Numbered from the stretch's first letter, positions 11,084-24,605 are shown. The stretch is 64,000 nucleotides of DNA from Fistulifera solaris (GCA_030295235.1 AP026126.1:620001-684000), one strand, 5' to 3'. The notes: generated by a model not told the origin, from the letters alone. Numbers and translations: made by a program.

Positions 11084-12183
11084 TCAAACACTAAGCTCGT
11101 CTTTGCTATCCGAGCTGCCAAATGAATCGGCGAGACCAAGTGGAGGAGGAACCCGTTGCGCACGACCAAACATCTGTACAATCCATTTTTCTTCGTCGAT
11201 TGGTGGCTTGGATTCATGTGTGGTTCGATCATCGGCAATCCAGGTGACTCCGTCGGCGGGGAAGAAGAAAAGAGCCTTGCCCGCTTCTGGTTTCACCGCA
11301 ATATTCAAACAATCAAAAACGTCTCACCTCCCTCGCGTAGTGTATTCAAGTAACATATACAAGTAATGACTCGTTGACCGCCCTTGTCTTTCCATTCTTC
11401 ACCCCGAATCGGAGATGCGTCTCCGTGACGTGAGAAAATAGCCCCCGGATCGTAACGCGTTACCACAGGTGCTTCCCAATTCGTCCACGGGTGCTTCGTG
11501 AGCGCTCCAACCTTCTCGACTAGTGTTTGAATGAAGGAATGATCAGCTTGCGTATTTAAAGCGACAGCGACGCTTGTCCGCGACGAGCGTTTCGCTATTT
11601 GTCGTAACAGTGGCAATACAACAGCGTATGCCAATGTGCCACTCGCTGCGAGTGCTAACGCTACATTCGGGACGGCCACTTGTATGACGTCAACGAGTGG
11701 AAGGGTTTGTTGCTCTTCCATTAAGTGCAGTACGGGCGGAATGCCGGCAAATAAAGATAACAAAGGCAATGGCCATAATCGTGCTGCATCCAATGATACT
11801 GCCGGGGGATTTGATCTAGTCATGTTTCTGTCGTCGAGATTTTTTACGTATTCTTGATACGCTTCGCATTCTTCTTCCGTAAGAAAGTTGGAGATAGTAT
11901 ACACAAGGGGATTTTCCGAAAGAATTCTTGCACCTTTCGAAGCGAGTGCATCGCCTTGCCTCGCAACCAAATCTATTCTACCTACCCTCGTACAATCTCC
12001 CCTCTTTGCTTCGATCAAGGAAATCATGTAATGCGGTCGATACTGACCATTCGCGATTGGATTTCTGCAGTTTGTCGTCCATGATGTCAAAGAAAAACCG
12101 AACGTAAAGCATCGGACGAAAGCGAGAAAGCAGCAAGCACTTCCTAAAGCTAACGATTTTTTGCAAAATAATTTGGGTCTCAT
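11084..12183 (-). CDS. Prolyl 4-hydroxylase-like 2OG-Fe(II) oxygenase with an internal hydrophobic insert
   Basis: LSENPLVYTISNFLTEEEC, RYDPGAIFSRHGD (HxD), GQRVITCICYLN, GGET, VKPEAGKALFFFP, THES and KWIVQ motifs. Frameshift near 11315. Confidence 0.85.
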
Positions 12184-12466
12184 GAGAATGTATTCTTGTA
12201 GCGTAAGTGTTTCACCTCGTTAAAGAATGTCGTTCTTTAGAAAATAATGACAAAGCAACGTTTTGTTTTTTGTTTTCGTCTTGTCATTTGTCTGTCCGTC
12301 AACGGCAAAACGTACATTTGGTTGACCGTGTGTCGCGTTGCGTGCGTTTGAAGTTTGAAGAGGGTTGTGTCTGCACGTCACCCAGTTCGGAGCCTTTTCT
12401 CGGGAAGCAATGAAAAAAAAAAACCTACAAGCAAAATTATTTTCGGAGTGAACGAAACCACAATCT

Positions 12467-15034
12467 ATGTCTGATCCATGGAAAGAACAAAATCAAAGAG
12501 AATACGCTTTTACGAACAGCTTGGTGCTCCGTCGTTGCTTTTTCGAAATGGAAACCACAGTAACGCCCATGTCGACTTTGTGAGCGATGACTTTGGTCCG
12601 TCCGTGATCGAGGATTTTTGGGAAGAACGAGAGCGACGTTCACGAGCTCAAGCTTGTCTTTATTACAAAATTGAGCCGCCTAAGCTGAAATTGGACAAAA
12701 AGCTAAATCGAAAGTGATTGAGAAACAACGAAAACGAAAGAAAGCACACCGACACATGAGTTTCTGGATGAAAGAGGGCTCGGAACATCTAACATTCGAC
12801 AAGCCGTACACTTTGAAAGAAGTCAATCGTTTCAAAACTAAACTATCCGCAGCGCAACGATTTGAGTCTGCTTACTTGCGTTCGCACTTGATCGCCTACA
12901 AGCCGTCTACAAGTCGGGGCATTCGTCGACCCATGGTAGAGTTTGCAACATTTATGGCGACACTACGTCGCGATCATGGCGATCCAAACTACATGGCTCC
13001 GTTTCCCAAAGAGGAAGATTACCAGTTGATGAATATTAAAGAATTGAAAAGAGGAAAACATCGACGTCTGTACTCACATCCTTTTGGAGACAATCATCGC
13101 AATCGACCGTCACTCTATGGAAACTGCTTGGTTTGTTTCCATTGTGTTTGTTCGCGCTGCGATGGACAACAAGATCCGACAATTTGCCTTCTTCATCCAG
13201 TAGGAGAAGAATGCGATCAGGTGCGTTTGTCGTTTATTTCCTTACCCCATGGACCACAGAGAGAAAACGTAGCGGAAACAACGGAAAAAGGACCTGACAT
13301 GCAGCTAGAGCTCGGTGAATCGATCCGTCAAGTTCGACAATGTGGCAGTGAAACGTTCATGGCGCGTACAGAGTTATTCTGTGTCTTCTTTCGTGTGAGC
13401 TTGGACGAACAGGAAACACAAGGTAACTCGGTATGCGGTAGTTGCTACAAGCTTTCCTTACTGCACAAAGTCGACCTTCGCTCCCTCTCGACGTTCGCTC
13501 CCTCCTATATCCCTGCCAGCATATCATCCCATCCCAAATATGGTTTAAATTTCTCAAAGCCGAGGGGTGCTATTCTGTCTACGTGTCAGAAAACGGGTGA
13601 TCGTGTAACGGTGCACCTAGTTCAATGCGATGATCAAGAAATCCCCGTTACAAAGCATCGATTCAACAATCTGCAGGATATTTCTTATATTGAATTCACA
13701 ATGAACCACCCAATGGTTCTCTGGTCTGCTGCTCGGTCCCACGTTCATCCGATTACGAAAGTCAGTATTGATTCTCAAGATCATCAGCTGGGTTTCGGCA
13801 CCGGCCTTTTTGTCTAGATGGACGATCGCAACAAGCTATCTTTCAGTGGAGTCCCAGTCGGGAAGAATTTGTTGCGGAAGGCGTGCATGGCTTATCTGGT
13901 ATCCATGTCGATGAGAAAACGCCCCATTCTCTTTGGGCCTCATCATTTTCTGCGGGAAAAGTCTGGGAGATTGATTCGAGAATGCCTTCTACGCCTGTAA
14001 CAATATGGTCACTGGCAAATGCCTGTAATGGTTTGGGCCCTGTTTTACCACCAACAGGTCTATATGGAGCCGGTCATTTGTTCTCGCGACCAATCGTCAG
14101 CAGCTTTCATGAGAATCAGAAACAACCGCAATTCCAGCCTTTTTTAAGCGTAAGCCAAGACCCTGGCGCGTTTTCTCTAAATGTTTATCAGCGACCTTTC
14201 ACGAGACCACGCTTCGCAACACGTCCTGTTGAATGTACACCCGACCCTAATCTCGCTCGAATGAAAGGATTGAGTGTCGCTTCTAGTTCGATTTTCTCAC
14301 TACCCGATAGATCTGACAAGGTGTTTGTGACTGGTTTAGTTTCATTTGACGTGTCGCCGACAAGTTTACTTACCGTTGCAGATCTTGTGCGTATCGGCTA
14401 TGCAGATGAGAACGAGGTTGATGCTTTTTGTGCCGTAGTTATGAACAATCAAGGAGATTTGCACTTGTATACGGTAATGGACGGTCGAGAGAGGGAATGT
14501 TCATCGGGAATGAAGCCTGACTCTCCCGTCGGAGGGGGTTTCATTGTGTTGCCACAGCAACTAGATGCCGTGAATCAGAGTGATAGCGCGGCCTCGCATA
14601 CTCTTGATGCTCGGCTCGGTAACGTTTCTCCAAATCCAGTTAGTGCTTTCGCATTACCGACAATAAATCATGATATTCGTTCACTAGCCAAATCATGCGA
14701 GAAATTAGGACCGCATTCTGTTCCGTCACAAGAATTCATTGGAGCGGAAGAGCAAGAGCCGCACGGCCAACTAGTTTGCGAGACTGAGAACATGCTTTCC
14801 TCATTTGTCGTTGTCGATCAATCGAAACAATCTTCGGCTCTGAAATTACCACCCCAATCAATTGGTGACGCAAACTCGCAGATGAAAAGCATGGAGGAAG
14901 ATGTTTTTCTTCCGTTTCGATTGAAAGACTTCGATGAAAGGGATGCACGATTAAGATCGGACATGAGCTTTGAGGCGCTTGAAAAAGTCTCCGACGTGCT
15001 ACGAAATTGGGGTGATTACGAAGGTAATGACTGA
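12467..15034 (+). CDS. Large hypothetical protein, possibly TAF1C/Rrn6-like beta-propeller
   Basis: Contiguous ORFs 12478-12717, 12714-13817 and 13883-15034 linked by apparent frameshifts. WEIDSRMPSTPVTIWS weakly recalls the TAF1C DxRxPxxPxxxW motif. Confidence 0.55.
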
Positions 15035-15061
15035 TGATATATACATACATATATATATTAT

Positions 15062-17440
15062 TTAATGTGAGGATATATCTAAGCAAGTTGCAGCCAATTC
15101 GATACTCCGAGCGACATGCGCAATAGAATAGCGATTATCAAGTCCAAGGGCATACTGCAATAGCTCCAAACGGAGACAGGGAGAATGCATCCTCTGCACC
15201 ATCATATGAATTGCTTGCAAGAATCTGATATCGGTAAAGTCCGTCGCTGAGACAGCGTCACGAAGCTGTTGAGCAAAGGCTCTTCTATTTGCTATTGCTT
15301 TATTGCTTACAAAAGCCATAAAGCTGCTGTTTTGTGCAGTATTAATCTTGAGATCTCCCTGAGCTGCTACAAGGTCATACCAGGACGCCAAGCGAAAAGC
15401 GACACTCTGTTCTCCATAATTCACCCATTCTTCGACTGCAGTAACGCTCTCTTCAACACGCTTCTTTGCACTCCCATCCTGCATTGCCCGAAGGACTTGA
15501 GCAGCGCCCAAGACTGCCAATAGCCCGTCTGAGTTTGTAGCACTTCTGAGACGGTCTGTATCAAGAGGAGGTGGGGGAGGTGGCGCTGGAAGTCCGGTAG
15601 AGGCAATGTCTTGTTTGGAAGCATTTGCAGCGATGTTTGCATCCTTCTCAATGATCTCGCCATCTTTGATCAGCGACTGTTTCTGTTTCAATACACTTTC
15701 CAGCTTCATGCCCTGTTTTGTGTCCCTATAAAATGTTTCACTGTGCTCCTCTTTCTCTTCATCCTGGAATCGTTGTGATGCCACTAGACTGTAAAGAATC
15801 AACAGTTGACGCGATGTGTGGTAATCACCAGCTCGCAGCGCTGACGCCAGTCCTTCATTAACGAAATCTTGCAACATATGGCTGCTTCCACTGTCCACAC
15901 TGGATTCATCATTGTTGATTTTACGGTCGATTGACATAACGTGCTTGAGAATATTCGCGACAGATTCATCGGTAGCGCCGAAGCCACCTGCAATGTGCGA
16001 CAGTTCCTCAGGAGTCAAAATACTTTGCATGTCTTCGTCCAGATCTAACAGCTCATCCACTTTCTGCTGGAACGCGTTATTGTCTGTGCAATCAATCGTA
16101 GTTTTATGCGCTATTGTCGTGTTTTGAAATGGATTCAAGTTTCGTGCTGCCACTTTCCAAAGCTCTTGTTGCAGGCTGGATGTCAGCACTTTAACACCCT
16201 CCTCAGGAGTAATGAGCAAAAGAGGGATGTTTTTAAAATACTGCTCGCCTAAGACATGAATTAATCGAGCCCTAGTGCGGAGCAAGGTAATCAAGTCCCC
16301 ATACGTGGCTGTACGTACAAACAATGCAGCAGGTAATCCCACACCTCGGTCGAAAGAGCGAATGGCATCTGGAAAGCGTCCCGTGCAGTCCCTTCCATTG
16401 ACTAGCCTTCCAACTCCTCCTACGCGTAAATAGACCTCGTTATAAGGAATTTGATTTAGTCCTGAAACCTTTCGGAATCCGACAGTGTATTCATCTTTTG
16501 TCAGATACTCTTCGTTGTATTCGCGAAGCCTAGACAAGGAAACCAAAGCTTCTCTTCTCCCATTAATAAGTTTGCCACGACCATCGATATTGAACTCGGT
16601 CTTTGCCGAGTACCCAGACGGCCAAGTCCACGTTTCGGTTTTCGTGGCGACGGAATCTTCCGTCTCCCCTTCGGGGAACGAGTCCGGTAAAGCAAATACG
16701 ACGCCTACCGGATACGAGACCGGTGATCCGTAACAGCGCATCTTTTTCGCGCCTCTTGGTAATAAGGACGTGCTTGTAACGAAACTATTAAAAGGATGAG
16801 TCTCGTCTGGTGGTTGGTCCTCGTGTTCATTGGGAGCCCTGGCCCTACTCTTTTGCGCATGACAGAATCGATGCAGAAAATCCGTCCAGTCGGTACCCTT
16901 GAGCGTTTTGACGACGCATTGTTGCTTCTCAAATAAATCAACAACTTCATGTTCCGCTGCAGTCCAATCGGCGGTCTCTCTTGACTCCATTAATGGCGTA
17001 AACTCATCGTTCGGTCCGAAATCCAGACTGGGCAGCGGCTCAATGTGAGGCCTGTAACCGCCGATTTGATTTTTTGGAATACCCGCTTCTGAGGGAAGAA
17101 CCGTATCGTTGGGATCCAATATTTCTGTAGCAATGATTCCAATTGTTTCGGCTTGGTCAATTTGTTTTTCGTCTTTCAGGGCCACCAGTGGCTTGTGGGG
17201 CAAGGGTGATGTGAAATGATCGTTCGAAGTCACGGATGTATCCGAGTTCATTCGTTTGTTCTTGTCGCCGACGGCACGTCTCAAATGGTCACGGAAAACA
17301 ATAGAACGGGCTGATTCATGATACACAAGGACAGGTTGCTCGAGCCGACGCCCTGCATTGGAATATCCCGAGTGACTTCCTTCGTCGGAAGAGAACGAGT
17401 AACTCCGCGAAGCGCGCTGTGTTGGGATCGATAGCGACAT
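15062..17440 (-). CDS. Hypothetical protein (792 aa, no recognised domain)
   Basis: Long intact ORF with a globular central region (WTWPSGYSAKTEFNID, PYNEVYLRVGG) and a helical C-terminus. Confidence 0.8.
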   Translation of the reverse strand: MSLSIPTQRASRSYSFSSDEGSHSGYSNAGRRLEQPVLVYHESARSIVFRDHLRRAVGDKNKRMNSDTSVTSNDHFTSPLPHKPLVALKDEKQIDQAETIGIIATEILDPNDTVLPSEAGIPKNQIGGYRPHIEPLPSLDFGPNDEFTPLMESRETADWTAAEHEVVDLFEKQQCVVKTLKGTDWTDFLHRFCHAQKSRARAPNEHEDQPPDETHPFNSFVTSTSLLPRGAKKMRCYGSPVSYPVGVVFALPDSFPEGETEDSVATKTETWTWPSGYSAKTEFNIDGRGKLINGRREALVSLSRLREYNEEYLTKDEYTVGFRKVSGLNQIPYNEVYLRVGGVGRLVNGRDCTGRFPDAIRSFDRGVGLPAALFVRTATYGDLITLLRTRARLIHVLGEQYFKNIPLLLITPEEGVKVLTSSLQQELWKVAARNLNPFQNTTIAHKTTIDCTDNNAFQQKVDELLDLDEDMQSILTPEELSHIAGGFGATDESVANILKHVMSIDRKINNDESSVDSGSSHMLQDFVNEGLASALRAGDYHTSRQLLILYSLVASQRFQDEEKEEHSETFYRDTKQGMKLESVLKQKQSLIKDGEIIEKDANIAANASKQDIASTGLPAPPPPPPLDTDRLRSATNSDGLLAVLGAAQVLRAMQDGSAKKRVEESVTAVEEWVNYGEQSVAFRLASWYDLVAAQGDLKINTAQNSSFMAFVSNKAIANRRAFAQQLRDAVSATDFTDIRFLQAIHMMVQRMHSPCLRLELLQYALGLDNRYSIAHVARSIELAATCLDISSH

Positions 17441-17861
17441 AGTTTCAACTACGGAAAGACGTCAATATTTGTTTGATGGAAGCCCTTGTCGTTCAATGTT
17501 TTGGTTCTCTTTGATACTTTGTTTATTGTTACTTTTGGAAAAGGTTTTTATGGATCAGGGATCAGCGACATCAAAGCGAACAGTTGGAAGGATACCTGAT
17601 ACCTTGGTACCGGTATCAGTACAAGTACTTGTACCGATGTAAAGACAATGGACCGAGGAACGCTTCTGCGTTGCTTCGCGGTCCGTCCTACTTACACCAG
17701 GCTCTATAAGAGACAACAGACAACACACAGAATTCGGAAAGTGTAATAGATATACGGTACCAGTGAGACGACAATGTCTGTCGTGCGATCCCCTAAGTGA
17801 CGTCACGCTAGATGATGATGATGATTCGACTTCACCGCGGTTTTTACACCATTCAAAATAA

Positions 17862-19810
17862 ATGATGCCAAGAGGGCAAGTGTTGATTGTTGTTGACGCA
17901 CCCAACGGAATAAAGACTATATTTCTTTTCAAGATATCGATGAGGAGGCAACACAATAGCGATGATGGAAGAGACTGCTGGAAGACTGCGCGAGAGCGCA
18001 ATCGAATCAAAGCTCGTTTTGAAATTAGAAAAAGAGTCGGAGAGCGTCAACTCACTGTTTCCAACGATTACAATCAAGAGCTGATGCACCAGATATTGTT
18101 CCGTATTGTCAGAGGAGATCGCTCATTTTTCTCCCTGAAATCGCTTTTCGATAATGTAACTATTTTGTCTTCGCCAATTCCTGTCGATCATTGTCTGCGG
18201 AACGCACAGGGCGGAATTCTTATGGAGACTATGATTCACAGCCGAATTGGATTCGACCGGTTACAGGCACTAAAGCAGAAGCTCGAAAAACGAGAAACGT
18301 GCACATTTATGGAGTACGCTGCTTGGATAGGGCGCTCCAGCATCATAGGGAGCATGATGGAAGGAGGAATCAACCCTTGTCTACGAGGTTCGCTGCGAGG
18401 AATCACTTCCACAAACGGAACATGCAACAAAGAACTACTGCAAATAGGAACAGAGGCCCTGAAAAAATTTTTGCTAGCCGTTCCTTTGTCTTTATCGACC
18501 CACGTTGTGCAACGAGTGGTTGAAATGCGGGTGCTTGAGCTGGTGCAAGGGTCTGTATGTGCTATTTGCGACGAGGAAAGCCAACCAGATGATCTACTGT
18601 GCTATGGATCTCCTTGTTTTCACTTATATTGCGAGATTTGTTTCTGGAAGGATCTATTGGCTAGAATATTCTTACCTTCGACCACAAAAGTCGTGATTTG
18701 TCCTCTATGTTACACACCCGAATCATCGTCTTGCTGTGCGACAACAAGAAGCGACCCACAAACGTGTTACAAGGAGACTCTTGATCTCTATATGTCGCTT
18801 CCTTCTGGAAGTAAGGACATTCAAACCGCAAAGAAAGGAAAAGGAAAAAACAGAGATGAAGCATATGCCAACGAATCATGGTATGAAGCTGTCGCGCCCT
18901 CTTTAGGTTACACGCAAGCCATTCGGAGAGACAAGTTCTTCACTCATATTGAGAGAGGATCATTTCATTTTGTAAAGGTTGCATCGACCGTGGCATCGAT
19001 CTAAATCTCCGCAACGAATACGGACAGACTGCTCTTTTCATTTCCGCATGGTTTGGTTATTTTGATATTATTCAGCTGCTATTACAAAGTGGCGCTGATC
19101 CGTCAATCGCTTGCAATGCAGGAATCACGCCTTTGCAAGTTGCGATAAGGTGCAATCATCAGCAAATAAGTAATCTACTTGCAGAATGTAGCTGCGGGTC
19201 GTTTACTTTTCACGAAGAGGTCTTTTCTAAGCCTATGAGCATCGAGATGTCGATGCTGATTGACACTACAGTCAACCACCCCGGAGCCGGATCCTTCATT
19301 ATTGACAGAGCAATTGACGACGCAGTGGCAGATAAATTAGTAGCACTTTGGCAAATGCTTCCTGTCGTCGACTCCTTGATAAAGAAAGAAATGGGCATAC
19401 CATGCTCTGTTCGAAGTTATTATTGTGATTCGCTCGGTTGGATATCGAGCCTACTTGCCGACACCTTAAGACGAACGCTCAAAGACAAGGAAATTTGTGT
19501 CTTTCCGCGCATGCGGTTTCTCTGCTATAGAGATAAAGGGATTTGCTTGGCAAGGCATGTTGATCTGAATCGACAACATCCTTGTCAAAACATTCGTAGC
19601 ACGCATTCCTTCCTTCTATATTTGTTTGATTGCGACGAAGGAGGCGAAACGACGCTACTTCAAGATCTCTCCCGTGACGAGATCGCTCTTACCAGTGTGA
19701 AGCCACGAAAATCGCGTCTACTTTGTTTCCCCCACGCATGTCCGCACAAGGGCGAAGAAACTGTCGATCTACCCAAGCTTCTTGTTCGTGGCGAAGTTAC
19801 TATCGTGTAA
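17862..19810 (+). CDS. RING finger + ankyrin repeat + 2OG-Fe(II) oxygenase fusion
   Basis: RING CAIC..CFHLYCEIC..CPLC. Ankyrin NEYGQTALFISAWFGYFDIIQLLLQSGADP after a frameshift near 18975. Oxygenase RHVD...HSFLLYL..GGET..PH(K)GE..KLLVRGE. Confidence 0.8.
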
Positions 19811-19990
19811 CAACTCATCTAGACATTCATACAAGCGCTTAATCTCGTCCACGCTGTCTTGCATGGTTTCAGCCACCTTAAATGTGCTCCTAAAAGTTTA
19901 TTTAGAAACAGTGAACGAATAGGATTATCAACTTCCCTATGATCATTCGCAAAATCTCATCTCTTATCCGGTTGAAAGCGCATTACTGTA

Positions 19991-21841
19991 CTAGTTGGCA
20001 ATCAAAGGCACAATTGTCGCACCAATAACAATACCGACCACAAGACCGACAGCTAACCCTGTTGCAAGCACTGCAACAGTGCTCAGTCGGACTTCGCTGG
20101 CGTGGCGCCAAGGAATCCCCCGACGCATGACAACTTCTGGGGGGACTTTTGGAGAGCAGGGGAACAGCTTCTTGATGAGACAAATAGCTTTCAGATTTCT
20201 TTGAGAGCATTTCACCAGCCTCCAAAGAGCCGTAATTTACAAGTGGATCCCTTGGTAAAGGTAAAGATACTTGGCGTCGAACCTGCAAGGGCGAGACGTT
20301 CATCCCACCTTTGGTGACCAGGTACCCTTTATAAAATCTGCATCAATGTGTATCGGTGACCCCGGGGCAGCAATACGGATCTCGTCAATTTCATGGGGCC
20401 CTTCCATCGTGACAGATCGGATGTCGAGTGCTAACGCATCGGCGTTAATGGCCCCTCGTTTTTCATAATCTTTTTGTTCGGAATGCGGCGGTAAGGTATC
20501 AAAGTGGTATGATGAGTTTAATTGATTGTCCATGGCATCAGCGCCTCTCGCGGAAAAACTTGAATATGCATTTGCTTTTCGTGTGTCACTTGAACTCGGT
20601 GACAGCTGTGCGAGTGGAGAGGGAACCCTAATCGCTCTTGAGCCTTCAAAACTTCGTTGATCCGAATGGCGATCAAGCTCAGAAAAGGTATTTATATTCT
20701 GGATCCCACTTAAAAGGGATGTTGTCACCGACTCGTCCTGTGCAGTTGTAGGCGTGTCAACACTCTCTGCACCAAATCGCGCATGCTGTAGGCCACCAAA
20801 GTCGGCGAGTTCTCCTATCTCAGAAAGCGTCTCCTCTCGTTCGGAAGGAGGCGCATTTCCAATACTAGCTTCATCAATCGCTGCTAGCTCTTCCATATCG
20901 GCTTCTGTAAGACGTAGCAAGCGGGGTTCGTGGTGCGTGTGACTGTTTGTTGATGAAGCTACGTCACTTATAAGATCATGATCGTCCACAGAAAGTTCCC
21001 TAGAAATAGTATTTTCTTGATGAGCTTCCGCCATTGTCGACAATGTGGGCTTCTCCGAGGCGTTGGTATAATCGTCGAATGACGGCGGCATCATTAGCGT
21101 AGCTGAAGATTGCCGAGTTGCTGCCTCGGTAAGTATTCCATCGACATCCAAAGATACGCTTTGATTAGCTTCCCCATTTATTGCTGCATTAGTAACCTCC
21201 GGCATCAAGGGCTCGTTTAAAAAGCGTTCCATGAGAACACCTTGATCGGGTGTTTCCTTACTATCGGCTGGTTTTACCTCTGGGTCAAACGAAGTGCTAT
21301 TTCTAAGAAAGCGTTCCATGTTGAAACCGAGACGAGATTCATCTAAATTCTCTTCGTCGGGATGAGCCACGATGCTCTCTTCACCCAGTGTATCCGCAAC
21401 ACTGCCATTTTCTCGAGAACTTTCCACTGTCGACTGGTGCAGCATGTCCGAGTTGAAACGATGAAGATCACTGTTTTTCATTTCCGTATCCACATCTTGC
21501 TCGACATTGTTTAAAGCAAATTGTCGCTTTAGACGGGCCCGTTCGGTTTCAATTCGTCTTTCTCGTTCTCTCATAACTAACTTCTCCTTCAAAGTGAGGG
21601 GCCTCTGGCTAGGGGGCTGTGGTGGTCCACCGTCATGTTCCTCGACAACCGATTCCATCATTCGCAGCGAATCGTCGTGTCCGAAATGCACCAAAGTCTC
21701 GTCCGTTTCTACTTGACGGCTCCAATCGTCCTCGTCCTCGTGACTAACGCTATTGATTGAACTCCCAACGCGTTCATTATTTCCGACGTTCAAATAGTTC
21801 TCGTTCGCGTTATCCTTGTTAGCATCGTCGAACTTATCCAT
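19991..21841 (-). CDS. Acidic, largely disordered protein with a C-terminal transmembrane anchor
   Basis: 513-aa ORF continuing through frameshifts to VAVLATGLAVGLVVGIVIGATIVPLIAN*; coiled-coil ERERRIETERARLKRQF. Confidence 0.6.
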
Positions 21842-22755
21842 CCTTATGCTCCACCAAAAATGAAACCCTGCGATTGCAATAAATGAACAGCGATTCTATA
21901 GTCGCTTCTCAATAGTACTGTTGTAACAGAATCTTTACTTCTTAGGTTTGCTTTGATCGTCGCTTTTTCTCCACTTTATGTACTGATGAAATGCTGCGCA
22001 GCAGCCTCATGGAAACACGGAAAATTTTTAATGAGACAATTATTCTCGACGTAAAGCTTGAGTGAATTTCAATACAGTTTTCCATAAATGTACAAAAATA
22101 CCAATAGTTGATGAATTTCGTATTTATAAAGAGCGTTTCGTATCATTTTTTCACTAAAGTGTCATTTTTTCAAGGATCCCATTATTTCATGAAAGAATGA
22201 GGCTTGAGGAACATCAACAATGGTCAACGAGCGTCTTAAAAGCGTTGCTTATCTATAGGGAGATCCATAATAAACTGTTTGATGCAATTACCGCTTGGCA
22301 GCATTTGCAATAGACTAAACGCCTGGTTCATCCCCTTCAAAATCCTCTCGAATGAATCCTTCACCACGATACGTCGAAGCGTAGTATCAACTCAACCACG
22401 ACTGAATTCAGTCATGAAAAACATTGGAAAATGCGTGCATACTTGTACCCGCAACCTTCCGTTGTTGCTGATGATGCAGCACTTTTATTACACTTTAATT
22501 ACCGAATACATGATGCAATTACCTTTGACATAATTTGTAATGCACGCTTGGATTCTTTAGGGCGAAATTCCTCGCGGATCGTCCTATTTTATATTTACTA
22601 GTCATCAAATTGTAGGCGGAAGCTAACCACGACTGCATTTTAGTCACTTTTCCCACCATGACGATGATGGACATAGCAAGAGACGACAGACTACCGGTAC
22701 CGTACCTGGTAGCTCTTTCAGTTCTGTATTTTCTTGGCAGAATGAAACGATTAAG

Positions 22756-24257
22756 ATGTATCTTATAAAGAGAAGAGCAAGGTTGCTGATTCTGCTACTC
22801 ATCCGTGTTATGTTTCCGACGGAAGGTCTGGCTTCACATCCCTGTTTCGTGGGCTTTGATTTGGGCACATCCGGCGCTCGGATTTCTATCATTCGACTCA
22901 GCGATGATTCGTCTGGTTATCAAGAATTGCATTCTCAATCAGTTTCGTGGTGTGATGAGAAACGATATGATGATCCTGCAGCGTGGATGAGTGCCGTCGC
23001 CATTTTGTTGGAGGGTTCTGCCGAGCATCTGTCATCGGTGGCATCCATTTGCTTCTCGGGGACGTCGGCCAGCTGCTTACTGATCGACAGAGCCAACGCT
23101 GGAGCAGTGACTCGACTTCCTCGTATGTATGATTATGATGTGCGTCACTCGGTGGATCCCATTTACGGCGTTCGGGCCTTGACTCGATTGGAGTCGTTCG
23201 CGCCGCCGCAACACACCACCCGCAGTCCGACGAGTTCCTTGGCCAAATTACTGGCGTGGCACGAACAAACCCCACTTTCGAAACATGAAGCACTGGCGCA
23301 TCAAGCGGATTATTTGGCACTGCAGTTCCTCTCGGAAAACAAGGCATGTGGGTCCGGGCCGAGTAATTTTCGGTCTGTCTCATCGGATTGGCACAATTGT
23401 CTGAAATTAGGCTATGACGTGCGAAATATGTGCTGGCCTTTGTGGTTACTGGCATGCTTAAGTGAAGCAAACATCGATCCACGCAATGTTTTACCGGAAA
23501 AGGTGGTTTCCCCCGGTCAACCGTTCGGAACGATTAGTCGTCGAATGGTCGAACAATTTGGTTTGCCAGCATCAACCGTTATCGTTGGGGGGACGACCGA
23601 TTCCAATGCAGCTTTCGTTGCTTCCTGTCCCTCGGTGGCAAAATTGGGTACAGCCGTGACATCGCTCGGAAGCACGCTGGCGATCAAACAGACCAGTAAA
23701 AATTACATCGAGGACGCTACCGTTGGTGTTTACAGCCATCGCTTTCCTTCTGTCCTCATGCCTGCGTCTACGTCCGAAGCTTATTGGTTGGTAGGAGGTG
23801 CTAGTAACGTTGGCTGTGCGGTTCTAAGACAACAGAATTTTACAAATGAAGAACTACGGAAATTGAGTTTGCTCATTGATCCAAATGTGGATACGCACTA
23901 TCGATATTACCCGCTTACGAAAACAGGCGAGCGTTTTCCAGTCGCCGACAGCAACAAAAAACCTATTTTACACCCTGTTCCCAGTGAACGAGCTGCATAT
24001 TTACATGGAATATTGCAAGGAATTAGTGATGTGGAATGCGGTGGTTATTTAGCTCTTACCACGCTTGGAGCCGATCCACCGATTCCACACACAATTTTCA
24101 CCAGTGGGGAGGTGGCCAGAATGAGATATGGAGAATCATGCGACAAAGGAGACTGAAAAGTACCTTCAAGGAAAACGTTCAAGTGCTTCGTGCACAAAAC
24201 TCGGAACCGTCTTTCGGAGCTGCTGTTCTTGCTGCCGCCCATTTGCATGTCTCGTGA
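22756..24257 (+). CDS. FGGY-family carbohydrate kinase (D-ribulose kinase-like)
   Basis: GFDLGTSGAR, SGTSAS, HQADY, GTTDSNAAF, TSLGSTLA, GGASNVG and GERFP motifs. One missing G at 24106-24109 restores SGGGGQN. Confidence 0.9.
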
Positions 24258-24605
24258 CAAACTATTTTATGAATGAGATTAATTTGCGTCTGACTTGATG
24301 ACAAACCAAGTAAGAATCTTCGTCATAGCGTCATAGCCATTGGCAACCAAGGCAGAAATTGACTTGACTTTGTTCTGCTATCGATAGAATGCAAAGGATT
24401 GAAAGGCGCCAATTAAAGGCGCGACAGAGTCCTTCGCAGCATATCGGAATTCGAGGATTTCAACGTAGATTAATCGAGAACTGTCTAAGGGCTACTCAGA
24501 CAATCAGTTCTATTTCTGAAGATAAAACTACAAATTGATCTCAAACAAACGGTAAGAGGGGGACTTATTTTTAAACACTTTGAAGAGAGGACCTTTTTCA
24601 CGCAC

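Noticed and set aside
22280..22523. 13-bp direct repeat TGATGCAATTACC around an 84-aa ORF
   Set aside because: No recognisable protein motif or termini; too weak to call an element.
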